Positions 49,720 through 63,147 of a stretch of 64,000 nucleotides of DNA are shown piece by piece. The notes under the pieces are model-generated. The model was not told the origin of the DNA, did not search any database, and saw nothing but the letters and a program-made list of their open reading frames with translations. Position numbers and translations under genes: made by a program. Each line of letters starts with the position of its first letter. The stretch's first letter is position 1. Source of the stretch: Mobula hypostoma (taxonomy: Eukaryota); assembly GCF_963921235.1 (NCBI RefSeq), contig NC_086097.1:178252001-178316000 (forward strand). The letters run 5' to 3'.

Positions 49720-50860
49720 TTTTGTTTGCTCTACGACTGATTTGTGAACAAAGAGCCTCTTGTCTTGATGGAGAGTAATCATGGATCCCGAAACTCAAAC
49801 TCGAGCAAGGCACCGCAATTAAGAGATTTCTGCACATTAAACATTTTTTATTTGGGAAACCATCAGCTATTAGAGCAGCTCTACGATTAGCGATGCTCCT
49901 TTAATCTATCCAGGGAAGGTGATACGTGTGAGTTTGATACTCGAGAGAGACAACAGAAGATGGGATTTTACAAATGCCACTGTTCATTGTAAGTGGGTAC
50001 ACCTGCAGCTAGAGGTGGTAATGACTTGTTAATGATTTCAGTTTTCCACATAAAGTTGATATAAGTGATCCTAAATTATTGTACTAATGCACTGTTCTTG
50101 TGAGCCTTCCTAATTACCAGGAGCTCTAAGGAGATGCCAGCTTCAGTAATGTGCAGGTACTTACATACGATAATTACTGGCTATCAGAAAAGTATGCAAC
50201 AGACAAAAGTTAATTACAACTATCTCCAAACACCATATTCTGAGAGAGTCAATAGGAATTGTAATGTTTTGTTAAAAACCCTAATTAGTCTTTAAACAAA
50301 ACGCTTTCACACAAAACTGGAAAAGGGGGCAAACTTGCTTGCAGCATTTTGCGATGTGAACTGAATCTGGTGTTGCTATAGGAACCACACGACTGTAGAT
50401 ATATTCTGATTTCACCTATTAATTGTCTGTAATTAATCTGTAATTAAATCTTAAAATGAGGCATTCTGGGGCTCAATTTACAGTGTTGTCTAATTGCATT
50501 GATGTTGAAACCCTACTAGATAGTTTTTATTTATAGTTAATGGCAATGAGAGGGAATGGGACTTAAAACAAACGCGGTGCTGTCTACCTTAAAGGCTTCA
50601 AACTTGACCAGATAGTAAATGTTAAAAGTAGTAAAGGTTGGAAAGAGATTAAAATCGCTTACATCGGTGAGAAAAGTGTGAGAAAGACCATCTGGAAAGA
50701 AGTTTTAAAACTGGCGTTGTTTTGTTACTTATTTCGCTTGCATTTTCATCCTCTGAAAGATTTTAGTGTTGATCTAGCCCTGGGCTGAGAGAACACTGGC
50801 AGATTGATTTACTGATTGACCAAACCTGAAGTTTTATCCGTTAGTCTCCGTAGTTTTATA
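49720..50860. promoter_or_regulatory. Repeat-free, TAAT/ATTA-rich non-coding block; candidate conserved enhancer
   Basis: About 1.1 kb with no recognisable TE and no ORF of 60 aa or more; clustered ctaatta / gtaatta / taattaat motifs, e.g. 50418-50450. Confidence 0.45.
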
Positions 50861-52125
50861 GTGAGTTGGAGTTGGTAGTGGTTTATTATTGTCAGATGTA
50901 GATACAGTGGGAAAACTTGGTTTGCGTGCCACCCAGACAGATCATTCCATACATAAGTACATGGAGGTAGTAAAAAGAAAACCAGAATGTAGAACGCGGT
51001 GTCACAGTCAGAGAGAAAATGCAGGGTAGGTAGACTGGGAGATAATGTTCACCCTTGGCGTACGAGTTCAGGGGTCTGATCACTGCAGGAGAGAAGCTGC
51101 CCTCCAACCTGATGGCATGCTCCTTCCAGCGTTTCTCTCTCGCACTGTACTGCTGGCTGCAAGACGACATATTTCACAACATACCGTACGCCAGTGACGA
51201 TAAACCTGATTCCGATTCGCAAGAGAGGGAAGCAGAGAATGACTGGGCTGGGGGGTCCTTGATTATATTGGCTGCTTTCCCGAGCCAGCTAGAAGTTTAA
51301 CCTGGTATTATTAAGCACCCATAGTTGAAATTTACGTAATACGTATTGGTCTTGGCATTTTGGGCGGAATTCACTCTAGTACATTGGATGTTTATCGGGT
51401 ATCGTATAGACAATTAATAACTCCTCAGTATTGTCTCCCTTGACATAATATGGGGCTGTACAGTGCCACCCGTGACACGCATTGCCCCAGGAGAAGGACC
51501 CGGTGCGCAGCAGGAGGGCCCGTTACTGTACTCTGCTGTTCTAACGGGCCCCAGTTTCCACCCCTTACCCTCACACCGGGGCAATTCAGTGACCAATGAA
51601 CCCATCAACACACACATGTGAGGGAGGAAACCCAAGCACCCAAGGGAAGCCCACACAGTCACAGGGAGAACATGCAAACTCTACGTAGACAGCATCCATT
51701 ACAAGACTATTAAACAGTTCATTATAGGATGAATTCTTGACCTCTCAAGCTTCCTCATTATGACTTTGCACCTTATTGTCTGCCTACACAGCACTTTCTC
51801 TGATATTTATTCTGAAATGTTATTTTTACCTCGTTCTGCCTCAGTGTATTGTGTAATGAATTGAGTTGTACGGAAGACAAGCTTTTCACTGTTATCTCAG
51901 TACATGTGACAATAATAAACCAGTTTAATAATTTATTTGTGTATATGACAATAAAATTGACTTTGACTTTCTTTAGGCTCACCGGAGTTTCCGTGTGGTT
52001 GTTTTTCAAGACTTTTTTGGCCAGTTTCACAATTTATTTGCAGGGGATGTGTCCGGGTTTTAACCAGGTATTTAGCTCATGAAAAACGGATGAAATCCAC
52101 TTTCTTCTGAAAGCGGATGGGCATT

Positions 52126-52157
52126 GATCAGTACCACAGCTACCACCAGAGGGCAAT
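52126..52157 (+). promoter_or_regulatory. Candidate CTCF site (core plus upstream module)
   Basis: Core CCACCAGAGGGCA at 52143-52155, preceded by gatcagtacc. Confidence 0.6.
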
Positions 52158-53829
52158 CACAGCCCAATATTCACCCTCCGAGCACTTGCTGTGAAGTCTC
52201 TCAGTGAGGGAGGAACTGGCCTTTTGTTAGAATATTTCAAGAGCTACATTTGGCAGCAGGTAAATTATCTTCACTTCTGTAAGTTTCTTAAGCTTTTAAA
52301 TAAATTTAAATATAAACAGCCAATGCTGTGGTCAAGGCATGTGATGGTTTTAATATTTTTAATAGATATATAGAAGGATATAGCACAGAAACAGGCCCTT
52401 CTGCCCAATGGGTCCATGCCAACCAGGGTGCCCCTCTAAGGTGGTTCCATTTGGCCCATATCTTACTAAATATTTCCTATCCAGATTTATTAAATGCTGT
52501 AATTGTATCTGCCTCAACCATTTCCTTTGCAGCTCATTCCATATACGTACCCCATTCCCATCAACTCTTACCAATTTTTATCGATGCACCATAGAAAGCG
52601 TTCTGTCTGGATATATCATGGCCTGGTATGGCAACTGCAAGAAACTGCAGAGACTTGTAGCTGCAGCTCAGCATATCACGGAAACCAACCTCTCTTCCGT
52701 GGACTGTCTGTACTTTGTGATCCTCAGCAAAGCAACCAACATAATCAATCACCCCACCCGCCCTGGACGTTCTCTGTTCTCTGCTCTGCCACTGGACAGA
52801 AGATTCAAAAGCTCAAGAGCCTGTACCACTACGCTCAAGTTTATCTTGTGTCCCACTGTTATCAAACTTCTGAATGGGGCTCTACGATGGAGATTCTTGC
52901 CCTCACAATCTGCCTTGGTAGGATCTTGCACTTTATCGTTAAAACCTGCGTTGCACTTTCGCTGTAACTGTAACACTTCATTCTGCATTCTGTTATTATT
53001 TTTCCATGTGCTCTAGTAGATGTGACAATAATAAACCTGTTTACCAATTTACCTTCGCCTTGTTAATTCCACAGTCTGTCTAGTTTCTCCTTGTAACTCA
53101 AGCCCTTCCATCAGGGCAACATTCTTGCAAATGTGTGTTTTGTACCTTCTTTAGTCTAGTAAACTGTTTGTAGACTGCTAATTAATAGAGAGCTGCTGAA
53201 AGTCCTTCAACTATGAAAATTAACGGTTAGTTTCCCTTGTGTTGGTTGTGTCCTTGGAGCTGAGGATACTGCGGGTTAAGAGATGATTTAATGGAGGTCT
53301 TCAAGTTAATTAAGGATTTTAACAAACTTGAATTCGTCCATCGACAGAAGACACAAAAGCCTGAGAGCATGTACCAGCAGGCTCAAGGACAGGTTTTATC
53401 CTGCTGTTGGAAGACTATGGAATGGTCCCCTAGTTTGATAAGGTGGGCTTTTGACCTTACAATCTAGCTTGCACCTTATTGTCCACATGATCTGTAGCTG
53501 TAAGCACTTTATTCTGTACTCCGTTATTGTTGTTTGCAGTGATGTGATGAAATGATTATGTAAAGTAATATTTTTCACTGTACCTCGGTACATATGACAA
53601 TATAAACCAATTTACCAGTGAACCCTTCTGCTGTTTTGTGCTCATCAGTGTATTTATGATTAAAGTCAAAGTTGAACGCATGGCATGGCTGGATGCTGGG
53701 GATCTTTAGTGATGGTGTTGCCATCTCCGATAGGTGGTGTCGATGGTGGGGTGGGATGTACGATGAGCTTCACATGGGTAAGGAATTTTGGTGCGTTCTG
53801 TTGCACATGAGGATAGACTATTTTACTTA

Positions 53830-54752
53830 TTTGAACTGAATTGACTTTGTTACTTACATCCTTCATATGCATGGGGAGTAAAAATCTTTACGTTACGTCT
53901 CCGTCTAAATGTACAATGTGCAATTTATAGTAATTTATAATACGTATGTACAACAGGACAGTCAAGACGACATAGAAATACAATTGTATCAGCTGATGGC
54001 CTGGTGGAAGAAGCTGTCCTGGAGCCTCTTGGTCCTGGCTTTTATGCTGCGGTACCGTTTCCTGGATGGTAGCAACTGGAACAGTTTGTGGTTGGGGTGA
54101 CTCGGGTCCCTAATGATCCTTTGGGCCCTTTTTACACACCTGTGTTTGTAAATGTCCTGAGTAGTGGGAAGTTCATATGTACAGTTGTGCTGGGCTGTCC
54201 GCACCACTCTCTGCAGAGTCCTGCGATTGAGGGAATTACAGTTCCCATACCAGGCAGTGATGCAGCCTGTCAGGATGCTCTCAATTGTGCCCCTGTAGAA
54301 AGTTCTTAGGATCTGGAGGCTTCTTCAACCGTCTAAGGTGAAAAAGGCACTGTTGTGTTTTTTTTGCACCACACATCTAGTGTGTACAGACCACGTGAGG
54401 TCCTCGGTGATGCTTTTGCTGAGGAACTTAAAGCTGTTTACCCTCTCAACCCCAGATCCATTGATGTCTATAGGGGTTGGCCTGTCTCCATTCCTCCTGT
54501 AGTCCACAACCAGCTCCTTTGTGTTTGCAACATTGAGGGAGAGGTTGTTTTCCTGTCACCACTGTGTCAGAGTAATGACTTCTTCTCTGTAGGCTGCCTC
54601 ATTATTATTTGAGATAAGGCCAATCAGTGTAGTGTTATCAGCAAATTTAATTAACAGATTGGAGCTGTGGGTGGCGACACAGTCATGGGTATACAGAGAG
54701 TAAAAGAGGGGGGGGTTAGGATACAGCCCTGAGGGCACCTGTGTTGAGGGTC
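53830..54752 (-). mobile_element. Rex1/Babar-like LINE 3' portion
   Basis: YSLYTHDC, LIKFADNTTLIGLI, VERVNSFKFL and DPSHPNHKLFQLLPS..RLQDSFF. Confidence 0.88.
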
Positions 54753-56092
54753 AGAGGGGAGGGGGCCCAGCTCAGTACTTAGAGGTACAGCACGGTAATA
54801 GGACCTTCTGGCCAAATGAGCCCCTGCTGACCAACTACACCCAGAACAACAATTAATCTACCAACCCGTTCGTCTTTGAATGAGGAAGGAAACTGGAGCA
54901 CACGGAGGTGGCCACAGGGAGAACATACAAACTCCTTACAGACAGCTGTGGGAATTGAATCTGGGGTACTGGCACTGTAATAGCATTGTACAATCTAGTG
55001 CTGTCCTTGATCTGCTGTCAGAGGAGGGAAGAGTTCCATTAGTGAAGTCATTGGTGGCTGGGAGTCTGTTTCTGTGCTGTCTGACTCTGTGATCTAGGAC
55101 TTTATGATCAGGGATATTCTTCAGGTGGTAAAGGGGAGCAGTTGCTGCTGTTGCCTCAAACCTCCAGTGATTCTGGTTCCGACTCTGACCTCAGGTGCTG
55201 TCTGTGTGGAGTTTGCATGTTCTCCCTGTGACTGTGTCCACGTGAGTCTCCCCTGGGTGCTTCTTTTTTTTTTCTACAGCCCAGCATGACCTCTTCATTG
55301 GGAGTCCACGGTCAGTACAGATCAATAATAACATTTCCTTTTTCACTGACAATCAATACAGGTGCACCTCAGGGATCCGTGCTTTGCACACTTCTCTGCT
55401 TTCTCTACACACACAACTGTGTGGCTAGGCACAGCTCAAATGCAACTATAAATCTGTGGATTATACCACAGTAGCAAGCACAATCTCAGATGGTAACGGG
55501 AGATGTACAGGAAGGAGTGAGATAGATTGAGTGATGTCGTAGCAACAGCCTTGCATTCAACGTCAACAAGACCTAGGACCTCACTGTGGACATCAAGAAG
55601 GGGAAGTCAGGTTATCATACACTAGTTTCCATTGAGGGGTCAGGGGTGAAAAGGGTGAGTATCTCGGATATCAGCACCTCAGTGAATCCATCCTAGATCC
55701 AAGACATTGATGTGACTATGAAGAAGGCAGACCAGCAGCTTTACTTCATTTGGTATGTCACAAAAGACTGTCGCAAATTTCTACAGATGTACTGTAGAGA
55801 GCATTCTGATTGGTTGTGTCACAGCCCCGTATGGTGGCTCCAGAATCGCAAGAAGTTGCAGAAGATTGTAGACTCAGCGAAATGGATCATGGTCACAATT
55901 TTTTCTGCCACTGATCACATCTTCAAGTGGAGGACCATGAAGAAGGTGGCAACTATCACTGAGGACCCTTAGCATCAGGAACATGCCCTCTTCTCGCCTT
56001 GACCATTGGGGAGCAAATAAAGGAGCCTGAAGACCAACACTCAATGATTCAGGAACAGCTTGTTCCCATCCACCATCAGATTTCTTAATGGT

Positions 56093-56336
56093 AAACACAA
56101 AATAATCTGCAGATGCTGGGGTCAAAGCAACACTCACAACACGCTGGAGGAACTCAGCAGGTCGGGCAGCATCCGTGGAAACGATGAGTCGACGTTTCGG
56201 GCCAGAACCCTTTGTCAGGACTGACAGGCCTCTGCCCCTTCCCTCTTCAGTCCTGACGAAGGGTTCCGGCCCGAAACGTCGACTCATCGTTTCCATGGAT
56301 GCTGCCCGACCTGCTGAGTTCCTCCAGCGTGTTGTG
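56093..56336. mobile_element. Young fold-back Penelope-end insertion with two opposed hammerhead motifs
   Basis: 92-bp inverted arms 56133-56224 and 56247-56338 (3 mismatches). Near-identical to 4835-4990. 15-bp TSD agatttcttaatggt at 56078-56092 and 56337-56351. Confidence 0.93.
56249..56284 (+). ncRNA. Minimal type I hammerhead ribozyme motif (intact core, GUC site)
   Basis: AGUC-CUGACGA-A-GGG(UUCCGG)CCC-GAAAC-GUC^GACU. Confidence 0.85.
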
Positions 56337-59300
56337 AGATTTCTTAATGGTCCTTGAACCCATAAACACTATCTCGTTATTCATCTTTTGCACTATTTAT
56401 CTATTTTTGTAACTTACAGATTTTTTGTGTCTTGCACTGTACTGCTGCTACAAAACAACAAATTTCATGACAAATGTCAGCAATAATAAAGTTGATTCTG
56501 GTTAATTAGCCCGTTACCTCTCAGTCTTGATTAGTAGTGAAAGAATCAAAGGCAAGTTGGTTGGTAGGTGTGTGAGAAAGAGTATTGCAAAGGGAAGTGA
56601 GAGAAGTGGATAAGATGGTTGTCCTGGGCACTGGTGTGAACCTAGCATGGTCTCTTGCAATAGGCTGTGAAAGCAGATTCAACAGGAACTTTCAGTGGGG
56701 GAAGGGGATCTCTGCAGGGCTCTGGGCAAAGAGTAGGTACAAGGACAATGGAGTGAGGAGTTTAGCCCATGCTCCTTGTCTAACCACTATGCCTAGGTTC
56801 AAAAGTAGCTGACATTTGTCAAAGTATCCTTGTTTGAATTCTGTGAAGTTATTGTGGGCACTGTACCTCAACCACATTGCCATTAATAAACTACTAAGTA
56901 CATTTTGTATCAGAGATGTAATATAGAACGATACAGCACAGAAAAAGGCCCTTTGGCCCACAGTGTCTGTGCTGACTGTAATGCAGATGTAAACTACACA
57001 TGGTCTGTATCACCTATTACCTGGTCTAATTGACTCTGATACTTCACTATCATATCTGCCCTCACTACCACCCCTGGTAGCCTATCCCAAGCACCCAGCT
57101 CTCTGTGTGTTTAAAAAAATCTACCTTGTAAATCTCTTTTAAACTGTTTCCTGCTCACCTTAAAGTCGAGCTTATTGATACATGCAGAAGTATATCTATG
57201 CACATGTGAAATAGTATAAGTTTCAGCAGTATCGCAGGCACATCACATCCGATAAGCAGCATTCACCAAGAGAGACTAATTAAACATAATTTGTTTACAC
57301 AAGTTGTACACAATTTTCTACAAGAAAGAACACAATTAGAACAAAACTAACGAAGCTCACTTCAGCAGAAAGAGATCAAAGTGGTCATAGTGTTGCTTTA
57401 CTGAGGTAGTGACTAGGTTGGTTCAAGAACTGAGTGGTTGAAGGGAAGCAGCTGTTCCTGAACCTGGTGGTGTGGGACCTTCAGGCTTTTGTGCCTCTTC
57501 CCTGGTGGTAACTGTGGGAAGATGGCCTGGCCTGGATGGTGGGGATCTTTGATGATCCCGTAGATAGTATTGATGGTGGGGAGGGGTGTGCCATCATGTC
57601 CACAACTCTCTGCGGCTTCTTGTGTTCCTCTGCATTCAGATTGCTGTATTATTCCATGATGCAACTAGTGAGGATGCTTCCGCAGAAGTTCGTCAGTGTA
57701 TTCAGTGACGAGCCGATCCTCATTAACCTCATAAGCAAGTAAAGAGCTGGCCTCTGGTATTTGACATTTCTACCTGGGGAAAAGTCTCTGACTGTCTACC
57801 CTATCTATATCTTGCATAATTGTATAAACCTCTATCAGGCTCCCCTCTCCCTCTGCCGCTCCAGAGAAAATGAGCCAAGTTTGTCCAACCTCACACTCTC
57901 TAATCCAGACAGTATCTTTTCTTTAGCAAAGGAGGACGAGAAGCAATGGGACGGAGGCACATAAGATTATAATAAGCACAAGCAGAGTGGACAGGACAGC
58001 CAGCACCTTTTTCCCAGGGCAGCGATGCTTAATAGCAGAGGCTTTCCGTTTAAAGTGAGTGAAGGGAGGTTTAAGGCAGTTTTTAACAGAGAGAATGGTA
58101 AATTCTTGGAACACACTGCTGGGGGGAGGAGGTGGAGCTGATACACCAGGGAGGGTATAAAACCAATAACTCGTTTTATTGCTTTTGATTTCCAGATAGA
58201 TTAAAACTAGTTGTGAAAAGATAAAATTCACATCTTGTTCGTTTGGAAGGTGGGTATTTCTGTTGCATTGAAGATAGCACAAGACATTGATACAGAAAGG
58301 ACATTTAAAAGACTCTTGGATAGGCAGATGGATTAAATAAAAATGGAGGGTTATGGGGTGTGTAGGAGGGAAGGGGTAGATTAATTATGGAGTAGGTTGA
58401 AAGGTCACCACCACATAGTAAATTATATGGCGCATACTGTGATGTACTGTTCTATGTTCTGTGTGGTATCCTGGTATACTCTCCAAAGCCTCAACATCTT
58501 GTTTGTAACAGGGGGAGCAGAACTGCAATAGATACACTGTAGATAAAACATCCTTCCATACTTTACAGACAGACAGTATCAGCAATGCACAAAAGCAAGC
58601 AGTAATTGGCAGCGATTTGTTCTTCTCACATGCACTGAGAAGCAGTGAAAAGCTTTTGTTTACATGCCGCACGCAGATCATTTCACACATTAGTACATCG
58701 AGCAGTTAAAAGAAATGCAGAATGCAGAATGTGGTGTTACAGGGGAAGTGCAGAGCAGGTAGACAAATAAAGTGCAAGGGCCGCAGTGAGGTTGATTGGG
58801 AGATCAGGAGTTTAAGAGCTCACCTTTCATTGTGTGTTCTAGAGTCTGAAGGAATCTGTACTTGAGCCTGGGGGCACGTACTTTCAGAATTTTGTATCTT
58901 CTGCTCGATGAGAGGGGCAGTGTCCACAGTGGGTGGGGTCTTTGATTCTGTTGGCTGTCTAGAGAGGCTACGGGAAGTGCAGAGTTCAGGGAGGGGACTG
59001 TGCTGGGCTGAGCTGTGTCACAATCTCTGAGTTTGTGGTGGTTATGTGCAGAGCAGTACCACCAAATGCTTTCTATGATGCATCTGCAAGCAAAGCAGGC
59101 ATGCCGAACTTCATGTTGGAGTGTGAACGATGGCACGAAGCTGGAACTGGATATTTCTAGTGAAGGGAAATGGAACTGTCTGCAGGGTAACTTCTGTCAA
59201 TAGAGTAAAGAAAGCATTCAGTGCAGTAGCCAGCATACATAATAACAGAGAGAAACATAAATCTTTTGACCTTTGCATAGACAATCCAATGCATGGATAG

Positions 59301-60649
59301 TGTTTGGATTCTGTGCAACAATTAGGAAGCAATGAGGAAATGTGTGGTCCGTGGATAGAACAGGAGGAGAAAGCAGCATCAGCTGATCAATACAGAGTTT
59401 GCAGGCTCTTAGTAACAAATCTGATACGGAGAGAATAATGGGTCTGTAGGATCCACAGACTCGACGATCAATACATCGAACAAAAGTGTCCTGTGAAACA
59501 GTGCTGTTGGGAACTTAAAAAAGACATACTGTCCAAGAAGGGGGATAGCACAAAATCACTCCAGGCTTAACAGACTGAAGATTCTGTGTTAAGCGCACAT
59601 CAGCAGCTTCTGTAGAACCAGATCCATCGTGAATCTGCAGAGAAGGAGATGCCCTCCATAAATAAATTTCCCTTACTGACTGCTGACAAGGCCAATAATT
59701 ATTGCCACCCTTAATTGCCCCCAAAAGGTGGGAGTGAGTCACCTTATTGTACAGCCTCAGTGCTCCTGGTGAAAGGGTTCCCACAGGGCTGTTGGTGAGG
59801 GAGTTCCTGCATCGAGGGTGCTCCAAGAGGCAGTGCCACAAGAAGAAGGCGTCCATCGTTACTGCCCGGGACATGCCTTCTTCTCATTACTGCCATACCT
59901 TTTGCTCTATCTATCTATCTACAGTATCTATCCATCATTTTTATTTCTTGCACTGTGCTGCTGCCACAAAACAACAGATTTTCACAACGTTTGCCAGAGA
60001 TAAAAAACCTGACTCTGACTCTGGAGTTGGACTCGGTATGGTTTTATGTTCTCCAGTCAGGATAGTGCCGAACTGGGAGGGGAAGCGGGAGTTCGTGGAG
60101 TTCCCTTTCACCTGCTGCCCCTCGAGGAGGTGGCTTTGGGAGAGGCTGATGGAATCTCCTGGCAGTGCACCTTGTAGACAGTACACACAGCAGCTGGCAA
60201 AGGGAGGGTGTGTTTGGTGTATGGGGTTTCTGCAATGTGGACTGCTTTGAATCTTTGTGTGGAACTGTTTGAATCCATGTAATAACATAAGTTCATACAA
60301 ATAGGAGGAGGGACAGGCCACTCAGCCCCTCAATTTAATCATGGCTGATTGATGCTGGCCTCCGCTTTTCTTCTGCACCAGTTCCCCATTGTTCTCCTTT
60401 CCCTGACCTACCAAAAGATGCATCTCCCTCCTATTCAAGTACTCACAGAGAAAATAAAAAGCGAAATAAGAGAAAAGGGACAGAAGGGGATTGGAAAATC
60501 CAATGTTCATCTGTCAGGTTGGAGACTGACCAGGAGGAGCCATGAGCTGCTAGCCCTCTCGTTCGACCTGGCAGTGAAGGAGGCTGAGAACAGACATCTT
60601 AGCGTGGAGATGGGGAGGGGCATTGAAATGGAAGTGGAGCTCTAACTTT

Positions 60650-61690
60650 TGCTGATGACAGACATGGTGAGCTGTGCTGGGGTGCCCGGAGGTGGTTGTT
60701 GCTGTGCCTGCTTGCTCCGCTCCCTGGAGCTGCCCGTCAGAGAGCCACGGCTTCAGCGCTGAGGGAGAGCGTTGTTCCCGGAACATTCACACGCGGCCTC
60801 CCCGCATTGGGACAGCGGGTCCAGGCCAATGATGCAGGAGTCCCCGATGTTGGCTCACCACATCGTGTGCTCCTCTGTGTTTTTCACCACTGTGATGTGC
60901 AGCCACCTCTTCCATCTCATCTCCGCACAGTCACCGGTGACCGTAGCCAGCTGGACTGCCGGCGGTGTCCACCCAGGCATGAATGGCCGGTCCGTGTTGG
61001 GGACAACACCGGGATGGATGATGGAGATGGCTGATCCTGTGTCCACCGATATACCGCACCTGATGCCCTCCACCACGCCGTCCGTGTATGAGCCTCGCTC
61101 TTCGCACAATGGCCCATCCAGGGAGGTGACGATGGAGGGATTCTGCTGTATGTGCTCCAGTGTCACCACCTTTACAAAGGTATGGAGGACCAGCTCCTCC
61201 TGGGCCGCAGGAGGGAATGTGGGTGGGCATGCGGAGCACAGTGGTGGAGATCTGCTGTGAGCTTTCTCCTACATGGCAGCGCCTGCTACCCCGTCCCTTC
61301 CTCATTGCTTCCTCTGATGGCCTCTGCTTGAAATGTCACTCCAGTGCCACTAGGGGGGGCCCTGTAGTCACGCTGCTCAGCCAGCAGTAGGTCGAGAAGG
61401 GCCCGCAGGGCATCTCCCTCCTGCGTCAGGTCAAGGCACTCCACCGGCTCAGTGGGGCTCCAGCCGTTGTGCCATGTGGCAAGTTTGACTCGCACTGGGT
61501 AAGAGTCCTGGCAGATGGTAAAATTGAATCTGGGGAGCTTCAGGGTGGACCTTGTGGCGTTAATTGCTAAGGCTTGTTGGTCTTCCTCTGGCTCCAGCTG
61601 TGTTGGTGGTGCCTGCCATGTTGCCTGTCCTCTCATGACTGTGGAGTCTTGGGTTCCCCGGTACGGGCCACAAGGGAGGTGGGTGATTCT
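60650..61690 (-). mobile_element. Gypsy-type LTR retrotransposon internal relic (gag and aspartic protease)
   Basis: LKLPRFN..NGWS..EGDALRALLDL (gag-like), followed by GVVEGIRCGISVDTGSAISII (DTGS protease motif); GC-rich; no LTRs seen. Confidence 0.78.
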
Positions 61691-63127
61691 CCTTTGGCTA
61701 TCTTGCCTGTTATTTCATCAAAAGATTTCCAACAGATTTGTCAGACAGGATTTCCCCTTAAAGAAACCATGCTGGCTTTGATTCTTTTTTTTAATCTGTG
61801 CCTCCAAGTCTGCTGAAACCTCATCCTTAATACTGGACTGCAACATCTTCTCAACCACTGAAGTCAGGCTAACTGGCCTATCATTTCCTTCCTTTTGACT
61901 CCCACCCTTCTTAAAGAGTGGTGTGACATTTGCAATTTTCCAGTCCTCTGGAAGCATTCCAGAATTTAGTGATTCTTGAAAGATCACTACTTCTGGCTCC
62001 ACAATCTCTTCTCCTACCTCTTTCAGAACTCAGGTGAGAGTCCATCTGGTAAGACGGCTGCACACTTGGATACAGTGGTTTCTATGGGGTCAAGCAAGGG
62101 ATTTGTTGTCTTTTTTAAACATTTTTTTTATGATTGCAAGACCCTGCTGGACTTCAAGAACTTCAGGTTCTGCAGGTTGACCCCATCAGTGAGTTGCTTG
62201 TTGGTGGAGAAACTGAAGGAGCTGGATTTGGTGCGGTTTGTGATGCTGCCTGTGACAGAGAGGAGTCAGGGCGTGAAGGGGTGCAGTCTAACAGCGAGAC
62301 TCTGTTGGACATTGGTAGTGTGGAATGTTGCAAGTCTAATTCATTGGTTTATTGGCGAGTGGATGGAGAGGTGCCTGGTCTCGGTCGTAGTGAGGACTAA
62401 GCCTCAAGATGTCTGATTGCAGCTGCCCGGGGGAGGTGTCAACGTTGGCTGCTCTGCCAGAGTGCCAGAGGTGGTTTGCTGCAGCATCCATGCTCGAGGC
62501 AGTGCTGTGCCCCAGACAAGCTGTATTGTGTTCAACTGCAGGATGGCTGCAACATTCACGCACTCAGGGACTTGGACTATATTGTTTGTGTGATTGTATT
62601 TTACTGCTGTCTTATGTGTGCCTTGTGCTGTGTGTGACTGTTAGTACTGTGTTTTGCAACTTGGTCCTGGATTAACACTGTTTCGTTTGGCTCTATTCAT
62701 GGGTATTCATGTATGGCTCAATGATAATTAAACTTGAACTTGAGTACCTGGTCCAGGAGACGAATCTACCTTCAGACCTTTCAGTTTCCCAAGCACCTGC
62801 TCCTAGCAACTACACTCACTTCTGCCCCTGACACACTTGAACTTCTGGAGTACTGCTAGTGTCTGTCACATTGATGACCGACACAAACTACTTCAGTGGT
62901 TCAAATTTACTTAATATGCTGGTCCACCATCTCTTTGTCCCCAATACAACCTCTCCAGCCTCATTTTCCAGTGATCTAATATTCACTCTCGCCTCTCTTT
63001 TACTCTTAATATATATGAAAAACTTCTCATATCTTATATGATCGGCTAGCTTATTTCATCTTTTCTCCCCTTGTGGCTTTTTAGTTGCCTTCTTTTGGTT
63101 CTTAAAAGCTTCCCAATCATCTAACTT
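61690..63127 (-). mobile_element. CR1 ORF2 fragment split by a + strand non-coding retroelement (about 62051-62745)
   Basis: PEDWKIANVTPLFKKG..RPVSLTSVV..QHGF..SCLTNL. The host ccatctggt|ccaggagac is interrupted by an insert ending aattaaacttgaacttgag. Confidence 0.8.
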
Positions 63128-63147
63128 GAGCCTTTGAGTTCCTCTAT

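Larger units (their letters stand above)
55310..56500 (+). mobile_element. Degraded Rex1/Babar-like LINE 3' portion, interrupted at 56093-56336
   Basis: INTGAPQGSVLCTLLCFLYTHNC; 3' tail aataataaagttgattctg. Confidence 0.8.

Noticed and set aside
61346..61361. Third CTCF-like motif gccactagggggggc
   Set aside because: Inside a Gypsy gag relic, imperfect at the 3' end, and without a clear upstream module.
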